DNA of 64,000 bases. Origin: Eledone cirrhosa (taxonomy: Eukaryota). This document shows, one piece after another, positions 41,058 to 56,669 of the stretch (position 1 is the stretch's first letter; each line of letters begins with the position of its first letter). The stretch spans positions 186,248,001 to 186,312,000 of the forward strand of contig OZ024740.1 of assembly GCA_964016885.1 (NCBI GenBank). The letters are read 5' to 3'. Position numbers and translations under genes: made by a program. The notes below the pieces were generated by a model, which did not search any database, had not been told where the DNA came from, and saw only the letters and a program-made list of their open reading frames with translations.

Positions 41058-43945
41058 CTTGCGTCTCAGTCATAGATGTTAGTTAACTGGAAAGTTTGTT
41101 GAAATGAATATCAAGCCACTACCTGCAACCTCAGATATTCAGGACGTATCGGAGGGTTCCTGCTGTTCACAGCAAGCATGCCTTTTGAAGTGTTCCAAAA
41201 AGTGGGGCGCGACTAATTTTCTTTAACCTTCCTTGGAAACTCTTTGAGATAGAACGTAGTGCGCCTATGACAATCGGCACCACTTTGACTTCATAGCAGT
41301 TCCAAATCCTTTTTACCTCCCACTTTAATCCTGGTATCGGTTAATTTTCTCCCTCTCCTTCTCTTGCACTCTCGTGTAGAATGGGTAGGCTACATCCACA
41401 ATCAGGCACGATCTTTTTTTATTTGTCCCAAACCACCAGATCAGGTCTATTGTGTTCCAGTTTCTTGTCCGTCTGTATCCCACAGCACCTTAACCTCATC
41501 GTTTTCTATCACCGACTCTGGCTTATGCACATACCACTTCTCTGAATGTGGTAAATTATTTACTTTGCATAGGTGCCAGCGGATCACCCTGCCCATCACA
41601 TCATGTCTCCAGCCTTTATAGGGAGTCTGGGCTAGGTGTTTACACTCAGATACAATGTGAGCCACAGTCTCCTCTCTCTCTCCACAGATCCTACACACTT
41701 GGCTAGCCTCCTTCTTGTAAATATGGTGTTTCACCCATTTCGTTTTGAGGGCCTGCTCTTGCGCAGCCATTAGCATTCCTTCTGTAGCCTTTTTAAGATC
41801 TCTTTTCAACCAGTTCCATGTCTGTGGATCTCTAAATTTAGTTTTCTCAAAGAAGGTACTATGAAGGGATTTTTCATGAAGGTTGCTCTTCCTCCTTGCT
41901 GTTATTTCCTCCTTGGACATCCCCTGGTCTATTGTCCTCTCCTTCAGTACAATTCTGAGCATTGGCTCCCTACTATCAGTCACGTATTTGTGTAGATTGT
42001 TTTTTCTCCATCTGAACACAGTCCTCTATGCTGATAAGATCCCTTCCACCTTCAGATCTCCTTAAGTAGAATCTATAGACATCACTCCTCTTGTGGAACA
42101 TGTTGTAGATAGTCAATAGCTTCCTAGTCTTCCTATCCATTTCTTTTTGTTCAGCAACATTCCATCTCAGAATTTCCGCACTGTACCTAATAGTAGACAC
42201 AGCTCGGGAATTTACTGCACTTATGGCATTCCTACTATTCAGATGTGATTTTAATACGCTCCTTACTCTCCGAATGTATTCAGATCTTATCAATTCCTTC
42301 ATTTTTTTGTTCTTGCTGTCACCTGCCTCCAGAACACCTAAATATGTGTATTCTTCTTCAGTGTCAATTTCCTTTATCATCTCACCTGTTGGTACCTGGA
42401 TTCCGTTGCTTCTGCTCAATTTACTCCTTTCATCACTAGGACTCCACACTTACTAATACCAAATTGCATACATATATCATTGCTGAAAATACGGACAGTG
42501 TCAACAAGCACATCTAACTCCTTCTCACTCTTCCCGAAGAGCTTAAGGTCGGACAAACTATCTCCCTGAAAGATACCTCTCTTAATCTTAACGCTTCCCA
42601 AGGATTCTCCACCCGATGTTAACCTTGTTTTCCAGGACTTCATACTTTTGCGCAACAACTGTCTGATGTTATCTACCACCTTGGAGATCTCTAGGCTTTT
42701 GGTTATCCAAGAATGAGGTACCATATCGAATTCCTTTTTGTAATCTATCCATCCCATGGCAAGACCAGTGTGTCTCCTCTTGAAATTCCTCATTACCATA
42801 TTATCAATAAGTAACTGGTATTTTGTACCACGGGACTTCTTTCGGCATCCTTTCTGTTCGTCCGGTAACAAGTTGTTTATGTGGAGGTGATGGTAGATTT
42901 CCTCAGACACAATGCTGGTTAACAGTTTCCACATTACGGACAGACATGTTATAGGTCTATAGTTGGTAACATCATTACACTTGATTCGGTCTTTCATTAC
43001 CAGAACTGTGGTACCTTTTGTCAACCACTCTGGTACCTCACCTGACATCAAGTAGTCATTGAACATGGTTGTCAGTTTCGGGTGGAGGGATGTTATATGT
43101 TTAATCCAATACCCCTGCACACCATCTGGGCCTGGGTGATTTCTATTTGGTTAGTTTTCTAGCCTGCCCTTTAAGAGTTTCAACTGTGATACTCAAGTCA
43201 GTTTACGGTGTGCCTGTTCACTAATCTCCTTTTGTACTGTCTCAATCCACCTAGCCTGATCATTATGTTTAATATCCTGATCCAATATTCCTCTCCAGAA
43301 TGTCTTAGTCTGTTCCGCCTCAGGGATCAAGTCGTTGCCTCTTTCTTTCTCTTCAAGCCGTCCAAACAACATCTTCTGGTTGTTGTCAAACATGCGGTTC
43401 TGTCTATACTGACTGACTCTGCTCTCGTATCGCCTACTCTTTGCACTCTTTGCTACCATGCGTTGCTTCAGTTCCTCTATGATAATATTTAGCTTTTTCC
43501 TCCTAGTTTTGTACTTCATTTCCAGTCTATTTTTAGTGTCTATGTTTTGTAGTGTCCCATTCAGTAAGGATTCAAGCTTTCCAATGTCATTTCTCATTTC
43601 CTTAATTTGAGCATTCAGTCGTTTCTTCCACCAAGGTTCTGATCTTTCTTGTTTGTTGTTTCCTCTCGTTTTATGCCAAGTAATTTCCTCACCGCATTTG
43701 CTGTTGCTTTGAGGATATTGTTGCATTTGTGTTTCTTTTAACTTTTTCTTGTCTACAAATCTTAGGTTCATAGGTTTCCCACTATCATTGTTCATTTCAT
43801 CTACCACTAAGTTTAGGATATCAGTCAAATCTTGTCCTAGCCCGTCAGCATTCATCTCCTCAATGGCCGTATATTTGTTCCAGGTATTATTTATTTCAGC
43901 TTCAGATCATTGTCTGCTTCGGATACTTCCTCCGTTCTCTCAACC
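41057..43945 (-). mobile_element. R4/Dong-like LINE, 5'-truncated (RT + CCHC + REL), pseudogenised
   Basis: EPWWKKRL, YRPITCL, EQKGCR, WIDYKK.FDMVPHSW, GIFQGDSLS (YxDD segment deleted), CRICGEREETVAHIVSEC, RHD, VLWD; (TTA)n on both sides. Confidence 0.92.
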
Positions 43946-43987
<42 letters not shown>

Positions 43988-43989
<2 letters not shown>

Positions 43990-46900
43990 CATCACCAAAA
44001 GAATATTCACGGATATTCTCGTGGAGAAACCCACCAATGGTCGGAAGGATGGATTACCCACCCCCTTCCTAAAAAAGAGCCACAGGTAAATTTTGTACCT
44101 CTCCCTTCTCACTTGTTTTCCTCCTATCCTAGCCAACATGGCTTCTCTCAGAATAGGTAGCATAAATGCACATGGCCTAGGGTCGTCTTGTAAGCAGGAC
44201 CACCTGCTGAACGATCTCAGGTCGCTAAACATAGATGTGCTGGCCATCAGCGAGACCCGTATCTCCGAGGCACGGGCATTCGCACCCATTTTCGGGGGCT
44301 ACGAGGTGTACACATCTCCAAGCCGTCCTGGATCTGGGAAGCGGGGGGGGGGTTGTTCCGGAGAAGTCTGGATCTCGAGATAGGGCCGTCTTCTTGGACC
44401 CAGATGGTAAGTTGGTGATACTGGATGTGACCAGCGGAGAAGGACAAGCTTTCAGGGTAGTGGCCGCATATGCCCCGACAGGAGCAGGACGGCCTGATTT
44501 CTTCCGGCGTCTGGAGACGTTTCTTGGAACGTCCCGCTCTCTAGTGTTAGTGAGCGACTGGAATGGGATCAGCGGATAGGGGAGGAGGGTGTAAAAGCCT
44601 CACAAACCTACTCAGGCGTTTTCAACTGTCGGACAGGTCTCGATTGGATTTCCAGAATGTGCCAGTGTGGTCTTGGACAAACCGCATTGGGTCATCCAGA
44701 TCATATCTAGATAGAGTATTTTGTAGGGAAATAGAAAGCTCTATCAGAGGCAGTCCACAATTCAAGAGAGTCAGCTACACGGACCACAAATTTGTGATCT
44801 GTGGGGTTGACTTAGATAGGCTTCATAGACAGGGACCCGGCTACTGGAAGCTAAACGCGTCATTAACAGCGCGCTAGGCCTACAGAGACCGGATTAGCGA
44901 ATTAGTTAAGCGGGCATTGACGGGGGGCACCATTAACAACAAGTGGTGGTTTGCTATGAAAAGAGCGATTAGAATAGAGTCCATTAGGTTTAGTAAGGCT
45001 TTAGCATAAGAGAAAAATAGTGCAGAGGGAGAACTAATAAAAAATTAGAGGAGGTGCTTAGTAAAGGCATCGAGACCGACGTACTTGCGGCGAAATTAGC
45101 CCTTGACCAATTCTTCAGTGCAAAGAATGAAGGCTGCGTTGTCAGAGCTAGGGTGAGTGCTTTCAGATAAGAAGGGACGAAAGCCGTTCAATGGACCCGA
45201 GTGGTGTAGGCGCGTCGTGGCAACAAAGCCACGATCCGGTCTTTGGTAAATCACGACGGGCGCATGCTACTCGGTCCCGGGCAAATGTATGAAGCTTTTC
45301 AGCGACAATTCGCTCAGCTGTTCGGAGGCAGCGGCAGGCCTGATAGAGGGATGGTCTTTAGTACCTACCTCGACGGACTGCCGCGGCTCTCGGCCACTGG
45401 GGCAGAGTGTTGCGAAAAGCCGATAACACTCGCTGAAGCACGGGAGTCAATGACTGGCTGCACAAGGGGTAAATCGCAAGGGGTAAATCGCCTCGTTTGG
45501 ATGGTCTGCCCTATTAATTTTACGTACAGATGCCAGACTTGGCTACAGAACGGGAGAATTACCAGCTCTGTGAGCCAGGGAGCGATGGCCCTGCTGCGAA
45601 AGGATCCAAAGAAGGGGGACAACATACATAATGTCAGGCCCATAACTCTGCTAAACACAAAGTTCAAGATTTTGGCCAAGGTGCTAGCAAAGATGTTGGC
45701 GCTTGTCGTTGGTGGTCTGGTAAGAGAGGCGCAGACATTCGCCATTCCGGAAGGATCCATCCACGACAACCTCCACCTCATGCGATACATCGTGGAGAGG
45801 ATAACTAGGGAACCTGGCACGGGTGGGTCCTTGATCAATGTAGATCAGTCGAAAGCTTTTGATAGGGTCTACCATCGTTATCTGGCCGCAGTCCTGAGGG
45901 CGCTAAACTTTGGGCCAGTCTTCAGAGGCTGGATCGCTGCCGTGCACACCGACATCTGCTCTTTGCCAAGGATGTCCCTTCTCGTTCCTCTTATACGTAT
46001 TGTCTCTCGAGCCATTACTGCACAAACTGGAGACGTTGATGGGGGGGGGGGTCCTGCGCGAACTAGGATGAGGAAGATCCGTGCCAGCATATGCGGACGA
46101 TGTTACCGTAGTGGTGTCCAACGCCAGACACATCGAGGCGATCGGTACAACACTAAGAGAGTACGAAGGGGTGACAGGAGCATTGATCAACCAGGAAATG
46201 TCGATGGGCCTGCAGATCGGCACCTGGAGAAGCAGGTCCATGCCGTCCAACAGCGTCGTCGGGCGCTGGACGGACGGACCGGTTAAATTGCTAGGGGTCT
46301 GGTTCGGTCCGGACCTCCAGACGGACAAAAACTGGGACGAGGTGACGAGCACGGTGGCTTCTCTCACCCAGAAATGGGCGGAGTGGAAGCTATCCCTGAA
46401 AGGTCGAGCGGAGGTAGCTAACGCGTACATCGCGTCCGTCATCTACTACCGCCTGACCGTCGTGCCTTGTCCTAAGCCTCGCCTGACTGCACTGGAGCGT
46501 TTGCTCTTTCGCTTTTTGTGGAAGGGTCGGGCTCCGGTGGTCAGGTGGTCCATCTGCTGTCAACACCCGCTACGTGGAGGGCTGGACATGCCGTGGCTGA
46601 TGATGCGCAGACACACGCCTGGGCTACGTCATCTCCACATCTTTCTCGATGGTGATCAGGTGTGGTCGCTGTTTGCTAGAAGCGTCTTTCCCCAGCTCGT
46701 CTCCTTGACGGAGCTGCAGTCCTGGGTCAAGGGAAGACCGAGAAGGAGCGCTTGGAGACTGGAATGTCTTCAGGCGCTCACAGCGCTCGACCAATCGGGA
46801 AATGTGATCGGTGGAAACTCCAACTTGGCTTTCTATAGATGATTAGTGGAGGGGAAGAGCGACGACGGACTTGGGGAAACTCTAGTCGTCGATGAAATCT

Positions 46901-47716
46901 ACTAGCCAATCTCTCCGGAAGAACTTTTGGACCGGGGCCTATGGACAACTTCCATAAATCCCTGGCCTGGCAGTGCTACTGAGGAGTTTTGCCTGTTCGG
47001 GATAACCTCTACAGGCATGGAGGTGCCGTCAGCCGGGCATGTCCGAGATGCGCGCAGGGCGACGAAACCGTCCTGCACGCACTCGTCCAGTGTCCGAGCA
47101 TAGCTGACTTGTGGGTTTATGTTGAACACCTGCTGTCGCGTGTAGAACGGATCCATCTATCAGCTGAGTCCATCGTGAGGATTGCCCCGCCCTCTTCCTT
47201 TAGCTGGGAAGGGCAGGCAATTTTTATCTGTCTGGTGGCCATGGCGAAAGAGATAGTATGGTGGACGCGTTTGAAATGGTTGAAGACGAGCACTTACCTC
47301 TTCGGTGATGCCCTGGTTTACTTTTTCAAATTTCATTTAAAAAGGAAAATCAGGGTAGAGAGGGAAGTGCTCTCTTCCCATCATTCATTTTGTTGAAAGA
47401 TGGGTGAGAGAGGCAAGAATGGCCCGTGTGAATGGCCTACTCTGTGTATGTGTCTGTAAATTGAAGGTGGAAAACTGAGAGAGGGCACTTGACCTGGTGG
47501 TCAGGGTCACCGTGGCTTTTTTAATGGGCTTTCTCCACAAATGTCTCTCGGAAGTCTCCCCCTATTGGGGAATTTTTCATTGTTTCTTTTTTTTTTACAT
47601 CCTCTATTTTTTTTTTGGGGGGGGGGGGGGGGTTACACGCAGAAAGGCCCATTTGCACCGTCCTGTACTGTCCTTAACGTCTACTTTGTGTAAACCCTTG
47701 TGTTTAATAAAGGAAG

Positions 47717-47717
<1 letters not shown>
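43988..47717 (+). mobile_element. Tx1-like LINE copy 3, 5'-truncated (ORF1 tail + full ORF2 44138-47459, frameshifted)
   Basis: MASLRIGSINAHGL, SYLDR, TDHK, GYWKLN, RPITLLN, KAFDRV, YADD, LSLKGR, CPRC; ends aataaaggaagc(ATT)n. Confidence 0.92.
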
Positions 47718-47774
<57 letters not shown>

Positions 47775-49006
47775 TATGTTGTTATTGATGTCGTTGTTTT
47801 ACCCCAGTTTAATGAGAGGGGTTTTAGTCAAAGCATTCTAGCATCAATCATCCTCTTTCTTTTTCAGAAATGATGTGCCTAAGATAACATTATCCAGCAT
47901 GTCCTTACAATTTTAATGTATTAATTTGTGTAATATAGAAACGAGTTTGCTCCTATATCTATCAGGTCAATTGACAACGCAGGCACTTCGTTAGTAAGCA
48001 GTGATTCCTTAGTTTGAATCAGTGTAGACCGCTTACATATATTGTGTGTTCTATAGATAGCTTTGAGAGCTATGAAGTGAATTGGAATTTAAGAACAGAA
48101 ACACTGATGACGAGATATTACCTCGGTCAGATACGATTCCATGTTTAACTTGTTTCCGTATAATGAGTGCAGCATCCTTATTTGAAAAATGGTAAAATAA
48201 GACTAGGAAAATTAAATGAAACAAATTAGATTTTTGGACTTTACATAACAATGCATTCTTTTCTTCGGGTAATTTCTAATATTTCATTTTAAAAGATGCC
48301 TTTATGAAGGTTCTTCATGGAATTTGAGAAAATGACAAACGAGACATGCAAAATCAAATGTGAAAATATATAAGAAATGATAAATACAAAAGAAGACAGA
48401 GAGAGTGTGAGTGTGTGTGTCTGTGTCTATGTGTGTGAATTTAAATATATATGTGCATGTAAGTGTGTATATGTATATATGTATTCGTGCTTGTTGAGCG
48501 TGTGAATGGATCTTTCAGTGGGGGAAAAAAACGATAATTACTTTATCATTCATATGTATATATATATATGTGTGTGTGTGTGTGTGCTAACGTGTGTATA
48601 TGTGTGTGTATGCGTGTGCATATGTGTGTGGAACTGAAATATTTCATTTCAGTAGTTTATTTATGTTTTTAGTCGCATATTTTATCTCATTCAATCAGTT
48701 GTTTATTCAGTACACACAATTCAGCCTACTTGTCAAAAGTGTGCAACTGGAAAATATATAAAAAGATGTTAAAGAAGAAAAAACTATTCTTTCGATGATA
48801 GATATTTTCCGGTTTGAGGGTAAAAATAATTTTTTTTTAAATTGTAGAAAGGTTTCTAAGAAAAATGTATTCTTTTATATCTGTGTGCATGGATGTATGC
48901 ATTTATGTGAGTATATATATATATAAAGAAAAAAAGATGAAATCGAAAATGGAACTGGAGTGTAGGACACCTCGGTTATTTTTCATTTTGTAAAAAAAAA
49001 CCTCAC

Positions 49007-49011
<5 letters not shown>

Positions 49012-49092
<81 letters not shown>

Positions 49093-49105
49093 TTACATAT
49101 ATATT

Positions 49106-49139
<34 letters not shown>

Positions 49140-49219
49140 TATACATATATATATATATACATATTGATAGATATATATATACATATATACATATATATAT
49201 GTATATACTAATATATTTA

Positions 49220-49278
<59 letters not shown>

Positions 49279-49322
49279 ACACATATATATATATACATAT
49301 ACATGTATATTTATATATTTGG

Positions 49323-49381
<59 letters not shown>

Positions 49382-49691
49382 AGAACTGTGTGTATATAAA
49401 TGTATAAGTACATGTAAAATGTTATATACGGAGGAGAGTTTGTGTATATTTTATATTGTTTGTCATTGGATAGAGTGTCTGTACGATATACCTATGGATA
49501 TGTATGCGTGTAAATGATTCACAAACATATTTACACATACATATATATGTATGTTATATCTGTAAATAAAGCATATATAAGTACATATCCTTTGGCATAT
49601 ACAGACTTGCGTAAAGTATATATACACACGCCCACGCCCACAATAAAACACGCAAAATCAAACACATTCAGACACACAAGCACATATACGC

Positions 49692-49727
<36 letters not shown>

Positions 49728-49874
49728 TTTGCAATCATGCCACTCCACTTTTAAAAGCTGGAAGCAAAGCATTGAAAAAAAAGCATAGATATTTTTTCAA
49801 AGATTTCTATCATCATCATCATCATCAGCAGCAGCAGCAGCAACATAATAATAATAATTATTATTATGTTGTTG

Positions 49875-49911
<37 letters not shown>

Positions 49912-50059
49912 CATTATTATTGTGTTTGTCTTTGGTTGAACTTTACATTTGCAGGTGATTGATTGAAGTGAACAAAATTAATGAAGTCATTCAATAGTGA
50001 TGCTTTGATTGTATTTTGTGTCTGGCTCCTATTGTATTTATATTCATATATGTATATAG

Positions 50060-50146
<87 letters not shown>

Positions 50147-50229
50147 TGAACATAAACATCTATATATATATATATATTCATATATATGTCTGCATGTTGA
50201 CATATATATATATATATATACATTCATAC

Positions 50230-50289
<60 letters not shown>

Positions 50290-50600
50290 ATATGTATACA
50301 TGTATATATACACATATGTATATTTATATTCACTTGTATATATATATATATGTATACATGTATATATATACACATATGTATATTTATATTCACATGTATA
50401 TATACATCTGTGTGTACGCGCGCGTGCGCGCGCGTCCATGCATGTGTCCTGTTTCGTTATATTTATTCCGATCATAACCTCCTTTGTCTACACATACATT
50501 ATCTCTCTCTCTCTCTCTCTATCTCTATCTCACTCTCACTGTATCTCTCTCTCTCTCTCACTCTCTCTCTCTATCTATCTCTATCTCTCTCTCTTCGTCT
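49012..50600. repeat. Microsatellite-rich block: (TA)n, (CAT/CAG)n, (TTA)n, (CT)n
   Basis: Direct reading. Confidence 0.9.
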
Positions 50601-50974
50601 CTCTTTTATTTCTGACGTTGTAAAGTAAAATCCTCATATGCTCTATTTGTAATGTTTGACAATGTTTCCCATGTGAACAAGGTAAAAGACAACTCTTTAA
50701 GAATACGAAATACGTTTGCGATGATCAGGACCAATGTCTGTATAGGAAAGCCAATGCCGTCAGGATTCAACAAATGAGGAAGATATCATACTTCTTCATT
50801 CAGAACCTTCTCCTTGCACAATAATATTATAGTGTGAGAATAATATATTAAATATGATAAACTACATATATGTTGGCTTATATAGTTCTCTCTGGTGGTT
50901 TATCTCTTGTCTATTCATTCCATTTTTTCTTTGATTATGTACTTCTTCGGGTTATTGATCTGTATTTGGAGTGT

Positions 50975-51165
50975 GCTGGATTGGAAGAATCGTTAGAGCG
51001 TTGGAAAGATTTTTTGGCGTTATTTCGTATGATTCATTATATTCTGAGTTCAACTTTGACTTCCATTCTTACAGATATCGATAAAGGAACGTGCCAGTAA
51101 AGTACTAGGGTGAATATAATTGACCTTTCCAAACTGCCGGCCTTATGCTTAAATTAGAAGTTATT
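50975..51165 (+). mobile_element. Old degenerate SINE
   Basis: gattggaagaatcgttagagcg...ttctgagttcaac...tcgataaa...ggccttatgcttaaattagaag. Confidence 0.55.
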
Positions 51166-51223
51166 AATCTACAATTGGACAAAAAATATGGGTGAATGAT
51201 TATATATATATCTATGTAATAAT

Positions 51224-51409
51224 TGTTTCTACTTTTGGCACAAGGCCAGTAATTACCCAGTGCATTACTGGTACTTTATTTTATCGACCCCGTAAGGATG
51301 AAAGGCAAAGTTAACCTCGGCGGGATTTGAACTCAGAATGGCAAGGGCCGTAACTATGCGTCAAAGCATGGCGTCCGACTCTCTACCGATACTGCCAATC
51401 CCCCCTTCA
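51224..51409 (-). mobile_element. Near full-length SINE with 18-bp TSD
   Basis: TSD atatatctatgtaataat at 51206-51223 and 51410-51427. Confidence 0.9.
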
Positions 51410-52341
51410 ATATATCTATGTAATAATGAATTGTAGGGTTGCATCACAATACGCGGTGTCATGCATGTGTCTTCATCTATAGCCTCGGATTAAGAGGGAC
51501 ATGTGCAGACGGAATCTGTGTCGAAGCTGCTCGGATGGATTGTACGAAAACGTCAAATATGCAGCTTTTCTCAAACTGTTTCTTGCAAAATCTCCGTAAG
51601 CAGTATGCTAAGCAATACACATGTATGTAGAGTTGTCAGCCATTTGCACGTTAAGTAAAAGTGACGGGCGTTCAGTTGTTGTTATGATTCTTGCATTGGA
51701 ACGTGAAAATAATCGATGATATTTAGGAATCAGAGATTTTACTGTTGCACATGCCTGCGTGAGGAATTACACACAAACAGAAAAAGCAGATGGAGTGAGA
51801 AAAGGGTGGATTTAGAAAAAGGCGAGCTTAGGTTCAGTTGGGCAAGAAGGGAGAGATGTAGAAGGATATGAATATTAATCTGGTTAACACAAAGAATGGG
51901 CTTTTGGCCACGTCAGAAATCACAGAATGTATCATTCACATACAAGTATTTGAAGTGAATACGCGTCACACACACACACATATATATATATACATATATA
52001 GATATATATATATATAGGTATTAGAGGTGCAAATTAATTGTGTCCGTAGGTGGTATGCCAAGATGAGCACTTGATGCTCGTGGGGAGCAGAGTATCAATA
52101 ATAATACATAATCGTACAAAACATCAGTGTTACATCATATAAATATTTAATTACATATGTTTCACTGCTGATCAGCTCAAATCTAAATGTGAACACATAT
52201 CTGGGGAGCTTCTGATTCAGGAGTCAGTAGCGATCATTAATCGATTGTTTCTCGAGTTGATCAGCAATGAAACATATGTAATATGTAATTGAATATGTAT
52301 ATGATGCAACGCTGATTTTGTTGTTCCATTATATATTATAA

Positions 52342-52405
<64 letters not shown>

Positions 52406-52409
52406 ATCT

Positions 52410-52450
<41 letters not shown>

Positions 52451-53419
52451 TGTGTGTGTGTGCATTGAATATACAAATAGAAGCGTTCGCCGTAGATTGA
52501 CGACACAAATTGATAGTCTACTAGAACATATAAATCTCCATAATGGAACAAATGACCTAATATTAGATTATTTTCTGTTGTCAAATTACGGAGAGAGCTT
52601 TTAATTCTATTTTGAATATTTTCAATCGCCACGGTATTATAATTCACACATGCTTTTAAATGTTTGTGTTCGTGTTGTTTCCCTTGTCACAGTATGTTGA
52701 AGTATATTGATGTTGAATTATATTGATAGCTAAGTTTCAGAAAGCCGACCTCCAGACGAAACTTTGTCATTTATTTCATATCTCACAATTCTTCATATTA
52801 ACTATACTACTATATTTATTATTACTTTTAGCCTACGCAAGCTTCTTTACTATCTAAAAGTTAACTAAACACCACTTGTTAACGGTTGGCGCGTACTTTA
52901 TTTCAATTTCATCTTTTTTTTTCGTTAATTATAAACTGCTTGTATGTAACTTAGGTTACTGTTTCTAACAGATCTACTGATCATTTGGATGCGGTAAATT
53001 TCTAATATACTTTGACAGGAATGGCTAGAGTGTCTTTGATCAGACTCATTTCACCCTCGACCAGCACATCTATTTAATGGAATATCTACGGTTAGATTAT
53101 TCAGTGAATCTTTAAGACAATCAACAGACCTTGATTTGATTCCTATTTCTAAAAGGATCCGTAGTCATGTTGAGGTTCCAACCTTGTTTGGCTTTTCCCC
53201 ACTTATAATACAATAACAGTAACAATATAGAGAATGTTACAAAAAGATAGAAAATATTCACTTCTCCAAATAAACACATGAAAATGACAGTGCTGTATGG
53301 ATTTGATTCAGCTTTCAATTCTATTTCGAGTATCATTGTGCACGCGTAAAGGGAGTCGCTTTAAAAATGTATGTTTATAAATATATAGAGATATGTACAT
53401 ATATACATGTGTCTTTATG

Positions 53420-53487
<68 letters not shown>

Positions 53488-53492
<5 letters not shown>

Positions 53493-55118
53493 TTAGTTAA
53501 TCAAAACAAGGCCACAAATTTCATAAGGAAGACATTATTAAAGATTGTCAGCATATTTTAGTTTGATGTAAGGAATGTAGAGAATAATAATAATAATATT
53601 AATAATAATAATGTCCGCCTCCAATTGTTTCGCTACTCCATATAATATTTCTGGATCAGATGACTATATATCATTATTGATCTGGATCAGTTGAAAATAA
53701 TTAACATATTTAAAAACAGAGCGGCTCATCGGAACTTCAAAGGAAGATAAATTAAAATAAGGAGAGAATGTTACATAATGTAGTGTTCCATATATTGGTG
53801 TTTCACTATGTCCTGGTTGTATCAGTTGTCAGCCATAATCAAGCAGTATTCATCTGTCGAGGCTGAAACCAGGTGAAATACTCACATATATTAGCCCACA
53901 CTCTAACCACCCACCGGCAGTCATCAGAGCAGTAATCAAATCTATCTCATATAGGATCTCCATGCTATCAGCAAATGAGGTGATATTTATAAACCATGCA
54001 CAATATTATAATAAGCTCTTTCTGAATCTGGTTATGAACAATCAATTTATTACATACCTAAATGCCATAACACAGCAATTCACCATAATAAAATTAACAC
54101 CAGAACTAGAAATACCATAGCATATAGCCAGATTCGCCGGAATTTTAGCAGTAACAGCACCTACACAGGGAAGTTTAATGGTGGCAGCGGCCTGCTTCCC
54201 ACTCCAAGAAGCAAACTAAAAATCAACCCTAGAATAGGAATAAGAAATGTGATGACAATTAACAAATCCCCAGGTAATAATAACCCTAGTAAGGCCCCTA
54301 CCAACTCCACTAGAACCCCTAGACGGAGTAGACCTAGAAATATCACCCGCTTAACCCCCATTCTCATCTAATCTAGCCACTATTATCCCTAAAGGATTCT
54401 TCTCTATTCTAGCTACCCCCACCATAGATATTACAAACTCTTTAATAAAAATAACATTAAAATCTCATTCTCCACAACACCTAACCTAGCTAGCCACATC
54501 GCATTCAGTAACCATCATAAACTAAGACAGTATAACTCCCACACCGCGGTACCACCACCCCTATCAAATACACCACGCCATTACACCAATAATTACTCCA
54601 GTAGCACAGCTCCCCCATCTAATCCTTCTAACACTGACCAACCGCTTAGGTTAAACTACCCTACTCTCAGTAAATGCAGAAGCAACTGCAACTGCCGTTA
54701 CCCATATATGGAACACTACATTATGTAACATTCTCTCCTTATTTTAATTTATATTCCTTTGAAGTTCCGATGAGCCGCTCTGTTTTTAAATATCTTAATT
54801 ATTTTCAACTGAACCAGATCAATGATGATATATAGTCATCTGATCCAGAAATATTATATGGAATAGCGAAACAATTGTAAGCGGACATTATTATTATTAA
54901 TATTATTATTCGAGGTTGACTTTGCCTTTCATCCTTACAGGGTCGATAAAATAAAGTACCAATAATGCACTGGTTAATTGCTGGCCTTGTGCCTGTAGAA
55001 ACAATTATTATTATTATTCTCTACATTCCTTACATCAAACTAAAATATGCTGACAATCTTTTAATAATGTCTTCCTTATGAAATGTGTGGCCTTGTTTTG
55101 CTTAACTAATGAATATAT
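53488..55118 (+). mobile_element. PLE fragment flanked by inverted ~300-bp pseudo-LTRs
   Basis: 53488-53793 is the reverse complement of 54705-55116 once the nested SINE is removed; the interior translates LKPGEILTYISPHSNHPPAVI..RISMLSANE..SGY, KLFNKNNIKISFSTTPN, CNCR. Confidence 0.85.
54911..55012 (+). mobile_element. 5'-truncated SINE nested in the (TTA)n of a PLE pseudo-LTR
   Basis: Present in the right LTR only; absent from the matching position of the left LTR. Confidence 0.88.
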
Positions 55119-55320
55119 TTCCTGCTCTGCGCGCCTAACTTCTGCATAAACCCAGCCACCTAGTTGCTTTCTACTGCATATTGCAGATTGAGCACATGCC
55201 TTTACGATTTGGCTTCTAACTAATTCACCAATCTCTCCTCTCCTATCTCCTCTCCTATCTCCATCTCATCTTTAAGATTGGTTACTCTTGAACTGTGTGT
55301 ATATATATAAATATATATAT

Positions 55321-56025
<705 letters not shown>

Positions 56026-56427
56026 GTACGATCTATACGTGGATATTTTACGTCTTGATGTGGTAGCTAAGTATATGTTATGTTTATACCATTACTTATT
56101 TGCATAGGTAAGTATATATTACCTGTATGTTTTGTGAAGGTACGTATACTTTTTCGTACGTATATTTGATTGTATATGTTATGGCGTATAGTTTTATATA
56201 TTCAGGTACATATGATTTTGGTTATGTGTATACAGGAGTTTTGCGTCTGTGTGAGTATGCGGGTTCGTACGTATGTTGGGTGTGTGTATGTGTACTTCAT
56301 GTTTTGGTTGACGTTGTCTCCGAACATTTGTGTATTTACATGTAGGTATATGCGTGCGCTTGTTATATACGTATTTATTTATTTATATACGTATATTTAA
56401 TTATTTAATAATTTGTATACACGCACG

Positions 56428-56490
<63 letters not shown>

Positions 56491-56669
56491 TTATATGTGC
56501 GTGGTTTTGTATACTTATGGCGAGTGTTTTCGCGTATGCTTGTGTATGTACTTATTTGGACGCGTGTATGTATTTATTTCATTTCAATTACCTCTGTATT
56601 GTATTTTATTTACTTTATTCTTAACTCTGAAGCGGAGAATCATTCGGTTTCCTAGTTAGAATTTTAGTA

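Noticed and set aside
44085-44140. GT..AG mini-intron fusing Tx1 ORF1 to ORF2
   Set aside because: Removing the 47 nt would put ORF2 out of frame, and copy 2 has no AG acceptor in its spacer.
48100-48135. CTGATGA followed by a small hairpin as a hammerhead
   Set aside because: No GAAA follows the stem.
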